The position numbers and the translations under genes are program-made. Of a DNA stretch of 64,000 nucleotides, positions 51,701 to 61,789 are shown piece by piece. A model generated the notes under the pieces. The model saw only the letters and a list, made by a program, of their open reading frames with translations, ran no database searches and was not told the origin of the DNA. The first letter of the stretch is position 1. The number at the start of each line of letters is the position of its first letter. This DNA is from an uncultured Candidatus Nanopelagicus sp. (GTDB lineage: Bacteria > Actinomycetota > Actinomycetes > Nanopelagicales > Nanopelagicaceae): NCBI GenBank assembly GCA_964628535.1, contig CAZVNE010000001.1, forward strand, positions 8,792 through 72,791. The letters are read 5' to 3'.

Positions 51701-52990
51701 ATGAATATGGGCAAATTAAAGTTAAATAACAGCTCTAATTTAAATCGCATATTCCTTGCCCGACTTGCTGGCACATCAGTCTTTGATCCAAATGGCGACC
51801 CTGTTGGAAAGGTTAGAGATGCGGTTGCTACCTTGCGAGCAAATAATCAACCACCTCGCGTGCTGGGATTAATAATTGAGGTACCACCTCGTCGCAGAAT
51901 TTTTGTGCCAATAACCAGAGTAACCTCAATTGAAAGTGGCACAGTTGTCATGACTGGCTTATTAAATATGCGCAGATTTGAACAACGAACAAATGAGATC
52001 ATGGTTATTGCCGAAATGTTAGATAGTTCTGTAAAACTAATTGAAAGTGATGAAACAGTTGTTGTTGAAGATGTTGCCATGGAGTTAGCAAAGAGTGGTG
52101 ATTGGTTTATTGAACGAGTGCATGTGATGAAGCGTGGCTCTGGCTTACGCAGGCGCGGTGCATCATCCACCGTTAACTGGGAGGATATATCTGGCTTCGC
52201 TATCTCAGAGGCAAATCAAGGTGTTAGTAATTTACTAGCGACCCTAACAAATCTACGCGCTGTTGATTTAGCATCGGTACTACATAACTTAAATATTAAA
52301 AGACGTGCTGAAGTTGCTCGGGCGTTAGATGATGAGCGATTAGCTGATGTCTTAGAGGAGATGGATGAGGCAGCACGTGTTGAGTTACTTGCAGAGCTTG
52401 AAGGAGAGCGAGCTGCTGGCGTACTAGGTGAGATGGATCCAGATGATGCTGCAGATCTACTTCGAGAGGTCGGCAGTGAAAGAGCGCAAGTATTGCTCGC
52501 TTTAATGGAGCCAGAGGATGCTGAGGGTGTTCAACGCCTAATGCACTACGAGGATTACTCTGCTGGCGGCATGATGACTACCGAACCAATTGTTCTTCCA
52601 GCTGATGGAACTGTTGCTGAAGCTTTGGCGCATATTAGATCAAGTGAAATTGCACCAGGGTTGGCATCTCAGGTCTTTATTTGTCGCCCACCAACTGAAA
52701 CTCCAACTGGCAGATTTCTTGGTGTTGTACATTTTCAAAGATTATTGCGTGAGCCACCTGCGACTTTGTTGGGTTCAGTAGTTGATAATGATATTTCGGC
52801 ACTAACTACCAATGCATCCTTACATGAGGTCTCCTCATACTTAGCAAGTTACAATTTGTTGGCGGCACCAATTGTTGATGCAAATGAGAGATTACTTGGC
52901 GCAGTTACAGTTGATGATGTGCTCGATCATCTACTTCCAGAGAATTGGCGTTTTAATGAATCAACCCGCACAGATATTGAGAATCGGTAG
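51701..52990 (+). CDS. MgtE intracellular (N + CBS) domain protein without TM domain
   Basis: PRC-barrel-like N-terminus, acidic MgtE_N repeats, SAGGMMT, CBS pair and VTVDD. Confidence 0.88.
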   Translation: MNMGKLKLNNSSNLNRIFLARLAGTSVFDPNGDPVGKVRDAVATLRANNQPPRVLGLIIEVPPRRRIFVPITRVTSIESGTVVMTGLLNMRRFEQRTNEIMVIAEMLDSSVKLIESDETVVVEDVAMELAKSGDWFIERVHVMKRGSGLRRRGASSTVNWEDISGFAISEANQGVSNLLATLTNLRAVDLASVLHNLNIKRRAEVARALDDERLADVLEEMDEAARVELLAELEGERAAGVLGEMDPDDAADLLREVGSERAQVLLALMEPEDAEGVQRLMHYEDYSAGGMMTTEPIVLPADGTVAEALAHIRSSEIAPGLASQVFICRPPTETPTGRFLGVVHFQRLLREPPATLLGSVVDNDISALTTNASLHEVSSYLASYNLLAAPIVDANERLLGAVTVDDVLDHLLPENWRFNESTRTDIENR

Positions 52991-52995
52991 GAAAA

Positions 52996-53517
52996 ATGGT
53001 TAAAAAAATTACTCCTAAGTTAGGTAAAAACTCACTTGAATTTCCTCGTGAGGCTGGGCGCTCAATTCGTCCTTCATATGATCCAGAAGCATTTGGTCGT
53101 TGGTCAGAGCAGTTTGCACGCTTTTTAGGAACTGCTCGCTTCCTAATCTTTATGAGCTTCTTTGTAATCTTTTGGGTAGGTTGGAATGCGCTCTCCCCTG
53201 GTCAATTACGGTGGGATCAGTATCCATTTATTTTCTTAACGCTCTTACTTTCATTGCAGGCGTCATACGCAGCACCATTGATCTTGCTTGCACAAAATCG
53301 ACAAGCTGATCGAGATCGAATTCAAGGTAATGAGGACCGCGCGCGGGATGAGCGAAATGTTGCAGATACTGAGTATTTGGCGCGAGAACTTGCCAGCCTT
53401 CGAACCGCAATTTCAGATTTAGCAACCCGTGACTTTCTTCGATCTGAAATTGGTGATGCGATGGATGATCTGCTTAAGAAGTTAAAGGATTCGAAGGACC
53501 AAAAAGATTCGAAGTAA
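52996..53517 (+). CDS. DUF1003 membrane protein
   Basis: YPFIFLTLLLSLQASYAAPLILLAQNRQ. Confidence 0.92.
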   Translation: MVKKITPKLGKNSLEFPREAGRSIRPSYDPEAFGRWSEQFARFLGTARFLIFMSFFVIFWVGWNALSPGQLRWDQYPFIFLTLLLSLQASYAAPLILLAQNRQADRDRIQGNEDRARDERNVADTEYLARELASLRTAISDLATRDFLRSEIGDAMDDLLKKLKDSKDQKDSK

Positions 53518-53528
53518 TCTTCAGTGAA

Positions 53529-54644
53529 TTAAGTACTAACCCCAAGTCGAACACCAACCAATGATTTTGGACGAATAATTACCTTATCTAAAATACTGTT
53601 AAATGTGGCAAAGACCGATTCATCTGAAAGCACTAGTGGATTACCTGCGTCCCCGCCCTCACGTAGTTGAGAGTTAAATGCCACCTTTGCTAGCAATGGA
53701 ACATCTGCTCCAACCAGCTCACTTAAGCGCTTTGCAGTCTCTTCGCCGCCGCCACTTCCAAATATGGAAATAGCCTCACCACACTTACTGCAACTGGTAT
53801 CAGACATATTTTCAATTACACCAATTACTGGTTGTTTCATCTGATGCGCAATTCGGCCAGCACGTTCGGCAACTTCCGCTGCTGCAATTTGTGGTGTAGT
53901 GACTACAACAATTTCACTAGTTGGAATTAATTGTCCTAATGAGATTGCAATATCACCAGTGCCCGGTGGTAGATCTAATAAAAGTAGATCAAGATCGCCC
54001 CAATAGGCATCACTTAATAATTGCTCTAAAACTCGGTGAAGTAAGGGGCCTCGGTATGCAACTGGATCAGATCGCTCTGGCTTAAACATCTCCATAGATA
54101 CAACCTTCACGCCGTACTTTTCAACTGGTATAAATGTTTGATCAATTGCAGTTGGGCGCTGACCTAGAATTCCCATCAATCTAGGAACTGAATGTCCATA
54201 AACATCGGCATCTAAAATTCCTACCTTTAATCCGCGTTTTGCGGCTGCAACAGCTAAATTAACAGTGACTGATGATTTTCCTACTCCACCTTTACCAGAT
54301 GCGATACCTAGGACTCTGGTCAATGAATCTGGCTGAGCAAATGGAATAAATTTTTCGCGGCCCCCACGAATAAGCTTCTTTACATTATTTCGTTGTTCTT
54401 CACTCATTACGCCAAATACAATTTCAACAGATTTAATCTCTGAGATATCAGCTAGCGCCCCAGAAATATCTGCCTGTAATCGATCCTTCATTGGGCAGCC
54501 GACAATTGTTAGTAAAATTCCTAATTTAGCCACACCATCTTTAAACTCAACGCTGTCAACCATTCCGAGTTCCGTTAACGGTTTATGTAGCTCTGGGTCA
54601 TTAACCTTTGATAACGCTTGATTAATATCCTCAATTATCTTCAT
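53529..54644 (-). CDS. mrp: Mrp/NBP35 (ApbC) Fe-S carrier ATPase
   Basis: VNDPEL, SGKGGVGKS, DLPPGTGD and ENMS..CxxC motifs. Confidence 0.94.
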   Translation of the reverse strand: MKIIEDINQALSKVNDPELHKPLTELGMVDSVEFKDGVAKLGILLTIVGCPMKDRLQADISGALADISEIKSVEIVFGVMSEEQRNNVKKLIRGGREKFIPFAQPDSLTRVLGIASGKGGVGKSSVTVNLAVAAAKRGLKVGILDADVYGHSVPRLMGILGQRPTAIDQTFIPVEKYGVKVVSMEMFKPERSDPVAYRGPLLHRVLEQLLSDAYWGDLDLLLLDLPPGTGDIAISLGQLIPTSEIVVVTTPQIAAAEVAERAGRIAHQMKQPVIGVIENMSDTSCSKCGEAISIFGSGGGEETAKRLSELVGADVPLLAKVAFNSQLREGGDAGNPLVLSDESVFATFNSILDKVIIRPKSLVGVRLGVST

Positions 54645-54931
54645 AAGATATCTGGATCAATCTTGGGAGCTGGCTTCACTTCTGTCTTATCCATGACATC
54701 CCCAATGGTTTTTTTAAGAAAGGTTCGTGGATTTAAATCCTTAACCTGTAAATCCTCATAACCTGGTCCTAAATTGCTCTTTAACTCATTGGTTGCATTT
54801 TGCGCTAAATTCTTTAACTTATGTAGGTACCTTGCCGCATCCGCGGCGATTGATGGCATGCGATCTGGGCCCATTAAAATTAAGCCAATTACTGCAAGCC
54901 CGAGAATTTCACCACCACCGATATTAAACAT
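54641..54931 (-). CDS. tatB: Twin-arginine translocase TatB
   Basis: MFNIGGGE..GPDRMP and DLNPR; htrA-tatB-mrp synteny. Confidence 0.88.
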   Translation of the reverse strand: MFNIGGGEILGLAVIGLILMGPDRMPSIAADAARYLHKLKNLAQNATNELKSNLGPGYEDLQVKDLNPRTFLKKTIGDVMDKTEVKPAPKIDPDIL

Positions 54932-54934
54932 GAT

Positions 54935-56086
54935 CTACCTCTTCGATGCGATCAATGTAACTGTTACCTCACGGGTAATTGCATTTCGCTTAAACTTAAT
55001 TGTAACTTTATCGCCAACATTTTTAGAGCGAATTGCAACAATTAACTCATCTGAGTTTTGAACCTCTTTGCCATTAATCTCTGTAATTAAATCGCCAGCC
55101 TTTAATCCCGCTTTATCTGCCGGGCCATCTGGTGTAACACCATTACCTTCAGATGAGATTAATGCACCCACCCCGGTGTATCTGGAATCAACAGAGATTC
55201 CCATAATTGGGTAGGTCGCAGATCCAGTAGTGATTAATTGTTCTGCAGTTTTCTTTGCTTGATTAATTGGTATCGCAAAACCTAATCCAATGGAGCCAGA
55301 TTGTGAACCAATCGATCTGCCGAGGGTGGCGATCGCAGAGTTAACTCCAATCACCGCACCTGTTGCATCAACTAGTGGTCCGCCTGAGTTTCCTGGATTA
55401 ATTGCAGCATCGGTTTGAAGTGCATTTATAAATGAACTGTCCCCAAATCCTGAGCCAGTTGTTACTGCTCGATTCTTGGCACTAAGAATTCCTGATGTAA
55501 CAGTTCCTGCCAAGCCAAGTGGTGAACCAATTGCAATTACTGCATCTCCAACTTGAGATTTGTCACTATCGCCTAATTGCAAGGTTGGTGCCCCTGTTAC
55601 ATCTATCTTTAATACCGCTAAATCATATGAACTATCCCGACCAACAATGGTTGCGGTGTATTTAGTGCCAGTTGAAATAGCGACGGTAATTCTGCCTCGA
55701 TTAGCAGCTGCCTCTACAACATGGTTGTTGGTTAAGACAAAACCATCGCTGCTTAAGAAAAATCCAGAGCCAGTACCAGATTCGCTACCAGCATCTACTG
55801 AGATTGAAACCACACCCGGAATTACACGCGAGGCTAAATCTGCAATGGATCCAGGGGCTCGTTCCACAACATTTTCAGTACTGACAAAATTTCCAGAAAT
55901 ATTAGAGGAGGTTGTCCGGCCAATAGTGGCGCCAACTCCACCTGCAATTAAAGCAATTACAACAGAGGTAACAATAAAAAATGAGTTACTTTGGTTTTTA
56001 ACAGAGCGCTTTACTACAGAGGTAGTACCTGGTTGCCACCATGGAACATCAGGCAGATCAGATGGTGATGGTAGTTGAGAGCTCAT
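54935..56086 (-). CDS. htrA: HtrA/DegP-like serine protease with PDZ domain
   Basis: TNNHV, DLAVLK, QTDAAINPGNSGGP, C-terminal PDZ and N-terminal TM. Confidence 0.94.
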   Translation of the reverse strand: MSSQLPSPSDLPDVPWWQPGTTSVVKRSVKNQSNSFFIVTSVVIALIAGGVGATIGRTTSSNISGNFVSTENVVERAPGSIADLASRVIPGVVSISVDAGSESGTGSGFFLSSDGFVLTNNHVVEAAANRGRITVAISTGTKYTATIVGRDSSYDLAVLKIDVTGAPTLQLGDSDKSQVGDAVIAIGSPLGLAGTVTSGILSAKNRAVTTGSGFGDSSFINALQTDAAINPGNSGGPLVDATGAVIGVNSAIATLGRSIGSQSGSIGLGFAIPINQAKKTAEQLITTGSATYPIMGISVDSRYTGVGALISSEGNGVTPDGPADKAGLKAGDLITEINGKEVQNSDELIVAIRSKNVGDKVTIKFKRNAITREVTVTLIASKR

Positions 56087-56698
56087 TTAGGTAAGTTTAT
56101 TGGCAAGTAATATGCCGGCGCCAATTGGAATTACGGTAGAACTCCATCTGGCATCCTCTTTAATAACCTTAATTGCATCTCGGCGAGAGATGCTCTCTGG
56201 ATCACGTTGCGTAGAGTCGGCAACCTTGCCACCACTTAACGCATGATCAATTACTAGTAAGCCACCAGATCGAAGTAAACGATATGACTCTTGAACTACC
56301 TCAAATAGATCCATGCCATCTCTGGTAATTACTACCTCGTAAGAGTTATCAGCCAACTTTCCAATTACATCAATTAGGTTCCCAGTAATAATTCGATACT
56401 TAGTTGATGGAACATCAGCCTCTTCAAAAATATTTCGTGCGATTTTCGAGTGTTCCCGTTCTGCATCAATTGTGGTTAACACTCCATCACTTGGCAATCC
56501 CTGCAGTACCCAAAGCCCACTAACGCCAGAACTAGTTCCTATCTCTACAACTGACTTGGCACCAGTTAACTGAGTGAGAAACTTTAGAAAATTACCAACC
56601 GCAGCAGTTGGTTCAGTTGATCCAACCTCTTCGCCATTCTTTCGTGCCAATTGCATAAAGTAATCCTCATGAATAAAACTCTCGGCAAAGGCACTCAT
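56087..56698 (-). CDS. O-methyltransferase (Rv1220c-like)
   Basis: VVEIGTSSGVSG SAM motif. ATG 56698 follows RBS GAGGTG. Confidence 0.88.
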   Translation of the reverse strand: MSAFAESFIHEDYFMQLARKNGEEVGSTEPTAAVGNFLKFLTQLTGAKSVVEIGTSSGVSGLWVLQGLPSDGVLTTIDAEREHSKIARNIFEEADVPSTKYRIITGNLIDVIGKLADNSYEVVITRDGMDLFEVVQESYRLLRSGGLLVIDHALSGGKVADSTQRDPESISRRDAIKVIKEDARWSSTVIPIGAGILLANKLT

Positions 56699-56724
56699 AT
56701 CACCTCGCGCTGGAATAAAACTGT

Positions 56725-58227
56725 TCAAATTGAGACCAGCCAACCAATTAAGAGTCGAGTAGCAAATCCAGTGCCACCTTTTATGTTCTCGCCTGCATCA
56801 ACCTCTGATCTGCCAGTACCAGCAATATCAAAGTGAACCCACTTACGTTTACCAACAAACTTCTCTAAAAATAAAGCTGCGGTTACAGAGCCCGCTGAAA
56901 ACTTATACTTATCTGCAGTGTGGTTTAGATCTGCAACATCGCTTGCCAGCGCTGCTTCATAATCATCAATTAACGGCATATGCCAAACCTTCTCGCCCAC
57001 ATTATTTCCAATCAGATGAAACTTCTTTGCTAGTGAGTTATCTCTGGTGTACATCGCTGCATATTGTCGTCCTAAGCCAAGGGTGGCAGCCCCAGTTAAT
57101 GTCGCGACATCCAATAAATAATCTGGATCTAGCTTTTGATCTGCATACGCCAAGCCATCAGCTAGCAGCAATCTTCCTTCGGCATCGGTATTTATAACCT
57201 CTACCGTAGTCCCACCGTAATGTTTAATGACATCGGATGGTCGTTGTGCAGTTGCACTCAAAGCATTTTCAGCGCACATCAATAATGCTGTTACCTTCAC
57301 CTTTGGCTTTAATTCAGATACTGCGATTGTGGCGGAAAGGATTGCAGCAGCACCCGCCATATCACTCTTCATTCCAATCATGGAGTCATATGGACGCTTT
57401 AATGAAAACCCACCAGTATCAAAGGTGACACCTTTACCCACCATAACAATGTGAGGCCAATTGTTGGAGCCTTTAGGTGCATAGGTAATTTCAACCAATC
57501 TTGGCCCAGGTTTTGGTGATGAGTTTCCAACAGCTAATAAGCCACCAAATTCGCGCAACTCTCTGCCAGATTTAATTTTAATTGTTAACGCGGAGTTTTT
57601 ACTGGTAGCAACCATAGCTTTAGCTTGATTGGCAAACCATAATGGGTTTTTAATATTAGATGGTGTATGAATTAAATCCCGAGTTTGCCAGGTAGCTTTG
57701 GCAAAAACTAGCGCTCGTTCAACCTCCTCTTTAAAATCTCCGTAAATAGCAAAGCTTGGTTTCTTAGATTTTTTCTCAGATTTCATGTTGAATTGATAAT
57801 TTGCTAACACAAGGGCAATTACATTTGTTTCAATGACTTTCTTATCCTCGACAAGTGCAGATAAAACCTTTGCATCAGTTCCCTTTACCTGTCGGCTCAA
57901 GGCAGCGCTTGCCTTACGAATATCATCTGGATTGGATTCGCCAACTCCTACTAAGTAAATTCTGGTCAGCTTTCCTACTGATAATGGAATTTCAATAATT
58001 TCACCCGCCTTAGCAGAGAAATCTGGCCAATTACTCAACTCGATACTTAAATCAATCTTGGTATAGGTTGTTAAATTATTTATAACTGCAGACTTAGCAA
58101 TACTTGGTTTCTCATTTGCATTAACGGGTATAGCTACTGCATTTACATCTGCAAATAACTTCTCGTTTTTTAAATTAATGCAGGTAATTGTTGGATAAAA
58201 ATCAATTAATTTGATACTCAATTTCAA
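56725..58227 (-). CDS. pepA: Leucyl aminopeptidase (M17)
   Basis: GKGVTFDTGG, KSDMAG, NTDAEGRL and ATLTGA motifs. Confidence 0.94.
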   Translation of the reverse strand: MKLSIKLIDFYPTITCINLKNEKLFADVNAVAIPVNANEKPSIAKSAVINNLTTYTKIDLSIELSNWPDFSAKAGEIIEIPLSVGKLTRIYLVGVGESNPDDIRKASAALSRQVKGTDAKVLSALVEDKKVIETNVIALVLANYQFNMKSEKKSKKPSFAIYGDFKEEVERALVFAKATWQTRDLIHTPSNIKNPLWFANQAKAMVATSKNSALTIKIKSGRELREFGGLLAVGNSSPKPGPRLVEITYAPKGSNNWPHIVMVGKGVTFDTGGFSLKRPYDSMIGMKSDMAGAAAILSATIAVSELKPKVKVTALLMCAENALSATAQRPSDVIKHYGGTTVEVINTDAEGRLLLADGLAYADQKLDPDYLLDVATLTGAATLGLGRQYAAMYTRDNSLAKKFHLIGNNVGEKVWHMPLIDDYEAALASDVADLNHTADKYKFSAGSVTAALFLEKFVGKRKWVHFDIAGTGRSEVDAGENIKGGTGFATRLLIGWLVSI

Positions 58228-58257
58228 CTCATTTACTAAAGATTACTTCAGGTTTTT

Positions 58258-58437
58258 TTATTTTTTAACCAGTGCAACCGCTGCTTGAAGCACATTTCCT
58301 AAATTTGTAGCTTCTTCTACATTTAACTCAACTACTAAGCGTCCGCCACCTTCAAGAGGAATTCGCATCACCATTGATCTCGCCTCTTTAGTAACCTCCA
58401 TCGGCCCATCACCAGTGCGTGGTTTCATAGCAGCCAT
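58258..58437 (-). CDS. DUF3117 family small protein (59 aa)
   Basis: Below track cutoff: MAAMKPRTGDGPMEVTKEARSMVMRIPLEGGGRLVVEL...; RBS GGGAG. Confidence 0.92.
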   Translation of the reverse strand: MAAMKPRTGDGPMEVTKEARSMVMRIPLEGGGRLVVELNVEEATNLGNVLQAAVALVKK

Positions 58438-58525
58438 TTATGAGTCTCCCCTACTGAAAAGTCCTTAACTTAGAGGGGTAATTATCCCTCATCTGGGGGG
58501 TTGTGGGAAATTGAGTAAGAAAAAC

Positions 58526-58726
58526 TTAAAAAATTGATGAAATCAAGCGGGATCTTCCACTTGCAATCACTGTTAGCACTGCGCGTTCTGGCACACCAAG
58601 TTTTCCAGCAATCTCTGCAGCAGTAACTTGATAAACATAATGCATCGTCAAAATTAATCGCTCCTCTTCTGGCAAACTCTCCAGAATTTCAGCGATGCTT
58701 TTTTTTGCGCTTTGATTCTCAGACAC
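58526..58726 (-). CDS. Stand-alone sigma-70 region 4-like microprotein (66 aa)
   Basis: LESLPEEERLILTMHY...TAAEIAGKLGVPERAV pattern. GTG 58726 has TAATCT 7 nt upstream. Confidence 0.7.
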   Translation of the reverse strand: MSENQSAKKSIAEILESLPEEERLILTMHYVYQVTAAEIAGKLGVPERAVLTVIASGRSRLISSIF

Positions 58727-58736
58727 AGGATAAAGA

Positions 58737-59225
58737 TTACTGCTCGCGAGCACTTCTCTCGACTAAGCGAGCAAATCTCCGTAAGGAGATGCGCACGCCT
58801 AACAGTATAAAAGGCTTAAGAATTGCTATGAATATAGCAGGAGCGATGATCTCCTCGCTCCAGTAAAAAATAGTGCCACCCTCTTTACTCTTCGTTTTAC
58901 TTACTAATTCAAATGTGCCAGTGCCTCTAATAATCCGACCAATATGCAGCACATCGCACCGATAAGGCGGCTGCCAATTTACTACCTCCATAGTGTCTAG
59001 GACACCTAACTTTAACTTTGGATAAAGTTTTGGAAATAAGCCGGTGAAGGCAAATATTAAAACTCCGCGACCATTTTTTATGGTGCGATCTTGATCTAGC
59101 TCCGACCAAACCTTAGTTTGTAGCATCCAATCACTTTGCGAACGCCAATCAACTAAATGCTGCCAGACAACCTTAATCGGCTGATTTATCTCAATTGTTA
59201 AGGCTAATTTATTTTGGTTACTCAT
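58737..59225 (-). CDS. SRPBCC (START-like) family protein
   Basis: VWQHLVDW..QSDWM, LDTMEV..WQPP..C.V.H.G..IRGTG pattern. Confidence 0.82.
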   Translation of the reverse strand: MSNQNKLALTIEINQPIKVVWQHLVDWRSQSDWMLQTKVWSELDQDRTIKNGRGVLIFAFTGLFPKLYPKLKLGVLDTMEVVNWQPPYRCDVLHIGRIIRGTGTFELVSKTKSKEGGTIFYWSEEIIAPAIFIAILKPFILLGVRISLRRFARLVERSAREQ

Positions 59226-59227
59226 TT

Positions 59228-59770
59228 TTACCTTACCCCTTGTGAGATGGCCCGAATCGCACTAGGTACATCTTCACACCATGTTACAAGCTCTGCTTGT
59301 CCAGCTTTCATAAAATTTTGTTGCGCCAGATGATCGAGTGCGGTTCGCAATGGTTTGTATACTCCAGTTGGATCACAAACCGCTATTGGCTTATTGTGAA
59401 ATTTTAAGTACCTGCCTACCCAAATCTCAAAAAACTCTTCTAATGTTCCTATCCCACCAGGCAGTGCAATAAAGGCATCTGATAACTCCTCTAACTTTGC
59501 CTTCCTTGTTCTCATGTTTTCAACAACATGCATCTCATGAGCTGCTTCATCTTCAAACTCAATATTTTGCAATGCTTGTGGAATAACTCCAACAGTTCTT
59601 GCGCCAACCGATCTAGCACCCTGCGCAACCTTGCCCATCATCGATGCTTTACCGCCGCCCCAAACTAACTCCCAGCCCGCTTTACCGATCGCAACACCAA
59701 CTTCAAAGGCAAGATCCAATGAATGTTGCGGAATATCTTTCGCAGAGGAGCAATAAACACTTACACGCAT
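59228..59770 (-). CDS. LOG family (TIGR00730) nucleotide phosphoribohydrolase
   Basis: VYCSS, MRTRK and PGGIGTLEE motifs. Confidence 0.93.
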   Translation of the reverse strand: MRVSVYCSSAKDIPQHSLDLAFEVGVAIGKAGWELVWGGGKASMMGKVAQGARSVGARTVGVIPQALQNIEFEDEAAHEMHVVENMRTRKAKLEELSDAFIALPGGIGTLEEFFEIWVGRYLKFHNKPIAVCDPTGVYKPLRTALDHLAQQNFMKAGQAELVTWCEDVPSAIRAISQGVR

Positions 59771-59814
59771 TTAATTAGTCTATAACCTATGTTGAATTTT
59801 GATACCTTTGTCCT

Positions 59815-60747
59815 ATGAGTACAGCCAATTCAGCACAACAAACCGCTTTTGGAATTGGTATTGCGACCCAAAATCAGGCTGGCGAAATACTCGAGTGTTG
59901 GTTTCATACATTAGGTCTCGGCACAAAAAGTGGCGTTGATAAATTCCCAGAGCTTTTAACCACAGATGAAATTCGCAAGGTTAAGCGGGTTAACTTAACT
60001 CTTGAAGTAGATCTAAGTAAGCCAGCTGAGAATGTGGCTGATGTTTACCTGCGATTGCAATTGCTCTCGCATCGGATCGTGAAACCACATGGCTTAAATC
60101 TTGATGGCATCTTCGCTATTTTGCCCAACCTGGTCTGGAGCTCAGTCGGTCCTTGCGAGGTAGCAACATTTAATGAGATACAACCACTATTGCGAGCTAA
60201 ACATCAAAGTTTGGTTATTTACGGAGTAGATAAGTTTCCACGAATGATTGATTACGTAATTCCAGATGGTGTTCGCATTGCAGATGGTGATCGAGTCCGC
60301 CTCGGTGCCCATTTAGCAAGTGGTACAACAGTGATGCATGAAGGCTTTGTTAATTTTAACGCCGGCACATTAGGCAAATCGATGGTCGAAGGAAGAATTA
60401 GCGCTGGTGTTGTAGTCGGTGATGGCAGTGATGTTGGTGGTGGGGCATCAATTATGGGAACCCTAAGTGGTGGTGGCAAAGAGGTTATTTCAATTGGTGA
60501 GCGGACATTGTTAGGCGCTAACTCTGGAGTTGGCATCTCGCTCGGAGATGATTGTGTAGTTGAAGCTGGTACTTACATTACTGCTGGTTCAAAGATCTCT
60601 CTGCCTGATGGAACAACTGTGAAAGCGAAGGAGTTAAGCGGTGCAAACAACCTACTATTTCGTCGAAACTCGCAGAGTGGCGCCCTAGAAGCACTACCTA
60701 AAAGTGGTGGATGGAATGGCCTGAACTCAGTTTTACACTCAAATTAA
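59815..60747 (+). CDS. dapD: Tetrahydrodipicolinate N-succinyltransferase
   Basis: YLRLQLLSHR, VDKFPRM, MHEGFVNFNAGT and FRRNS motifs. Confidence 0.96.
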   Translation: MSTANSAQQTAFGIGIATQNQAGEILECWFHTLGLGTKSGVDKFPELLTTDEIRKVKRVNLTLEVDLSKPAENVADVYLRLQLLSHRIVKPHGLNLDGIFAILPNLVWSSVGPCEVATFNEIQPLLRAKHQSLVIYGVDKFPRMIDYVIPDGVRIADGDRVRLGAHLASGTTVMHEGFVNFNAGTLGKSMVEGRISAGVVVGDGSDVGGGASIMGTLSGGGKEVISIGERTLLGANSGVGISLGDDCVVEAGTYITAGSKISLPDGTTVKAKELSGANNLLFRRNSQSGALEALPKSGGWNGLNSVLHSN

Positions 60748-61730
60748 TCTTGTAATAAATTTCTAGGGCTAGTCAAAAAGCCCAATCCCCAGGACATATG
60801 CATAGTTAGAAAGACTGAAGGCAGACCTAATTTTTCAAGAAGAGATTTTCCTTCAAATAATCCACCAATAATTAATAGCAAAAGGTATGAGATGACAATC
60901 GCAAAGAAGATTGGATCAACGGTTACTCCAAGAATCAAAGAGATCAAACTCAAAATTAACGCAACTGGTGGTGCCAAGTATCTAAAATTTACGGTACCTG
61001 GATGTGCTCTGGAAACCGCCCGGCGCCATCGACCATACTCGAAGTACTGCTTAGCTAATTTAGTAAATGATTCGCGGGGTCGATAGGTAACAATTAATCT
61101 TGGATCAAACCAAATCACACCGCCAATTGAACGAAGGCGATGATTTAACTCCCAATCTTGGGCACGAATGTAATTCTCATTGAAGCCACCTGCCTGGAGC
61201 ACTGCACTCTTTTTAAATGTCCCTAGATAAACAGTGTCGGTTGGGCCAGCTTCACCCCCGGTATGAAATTTAGCGGCTCCTACTCCAAGTTTAGATTTCA
61301 TAGCACGCGCAACCACTGATTGAAATCCACTGGGTGCATCAGCATTCATAACGCCGCCAACATTTACTGCACCAGTCTTTTGTAGAATCTTTATAGCGGT
61401 ATCAATATAGGTAGTACTAATTTCAGCATGACCATCAATCCGACAGATAATCTCATTTGTAGCCGCAGCAATCGCCAGATTTAATGCAGCTGCTGTTTTG
61501 CCAGTTGGATTCTTAACTAATTTTATTCGCTTATCTTGTGCCGCCAATACTTCTGCAATTTCATCAGTTTTATCCGATGAAGGACCAAGCGCCAAAATAA
61601 CCTCGATCTCGCCATCGTACTTCTGCTGAAGGATCGCTGAGATACATGCTGCTAGATCACGCTCTTCATTAAGAATTGGTAGAACTACTGATACCGAAGG
61701 ATTCCCACTTTTATTCATATCTTGGTTCAT
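60744..61730 (-). CDS. Family 2 glycosyltransferase (ExoA-like)
   Basis: PILNEE, RIDGH, QDWELN, QYFEYGRWR and C-terminal TMs. Confidence 0.9.
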   Translation of the reverse strand: MNQDMNKSGNPSVSVVLPILNEERDLAACISAILQQKYDGEIEVILALGPSSDKTDEIAEVLAAQDKRIKLVKNPTGKTAAALNLAIAAATNEIICRIDGHAEISTTYIDTAIKILQKTGAVNVGGVMNADAPSGFQSVVARAMKSKLGVGAAKFHTGGEAGPTDTVYLGTFKKSAVLQAGGFNENYIRAQDWELNHRLRSIGGVIWFDPRLIVTYRPRESFTKLAKQYFEYGRWRRAVSRAHPGTVNFRYLAPPVALILSLISLILGVTVDPIFFAIVISYLLLLIIGGLFEGKSLLEKLGLPSVFLTMHMSWGLGFLTSPRNLLQD

Positions 61731-61789
61731 ATTAGGCTCATCATAACTTTCTACGGAGAAATTACCGAGTTTTAATCTAGAATGCAGAA

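Noticed and set aside
51701-53517. MgtE without TM domain as a pseudogene or novel split transporter
   Set aside because: The MgtE_N/CBS plus DUF1003 pair is a common intact actinobacterial arrangement.
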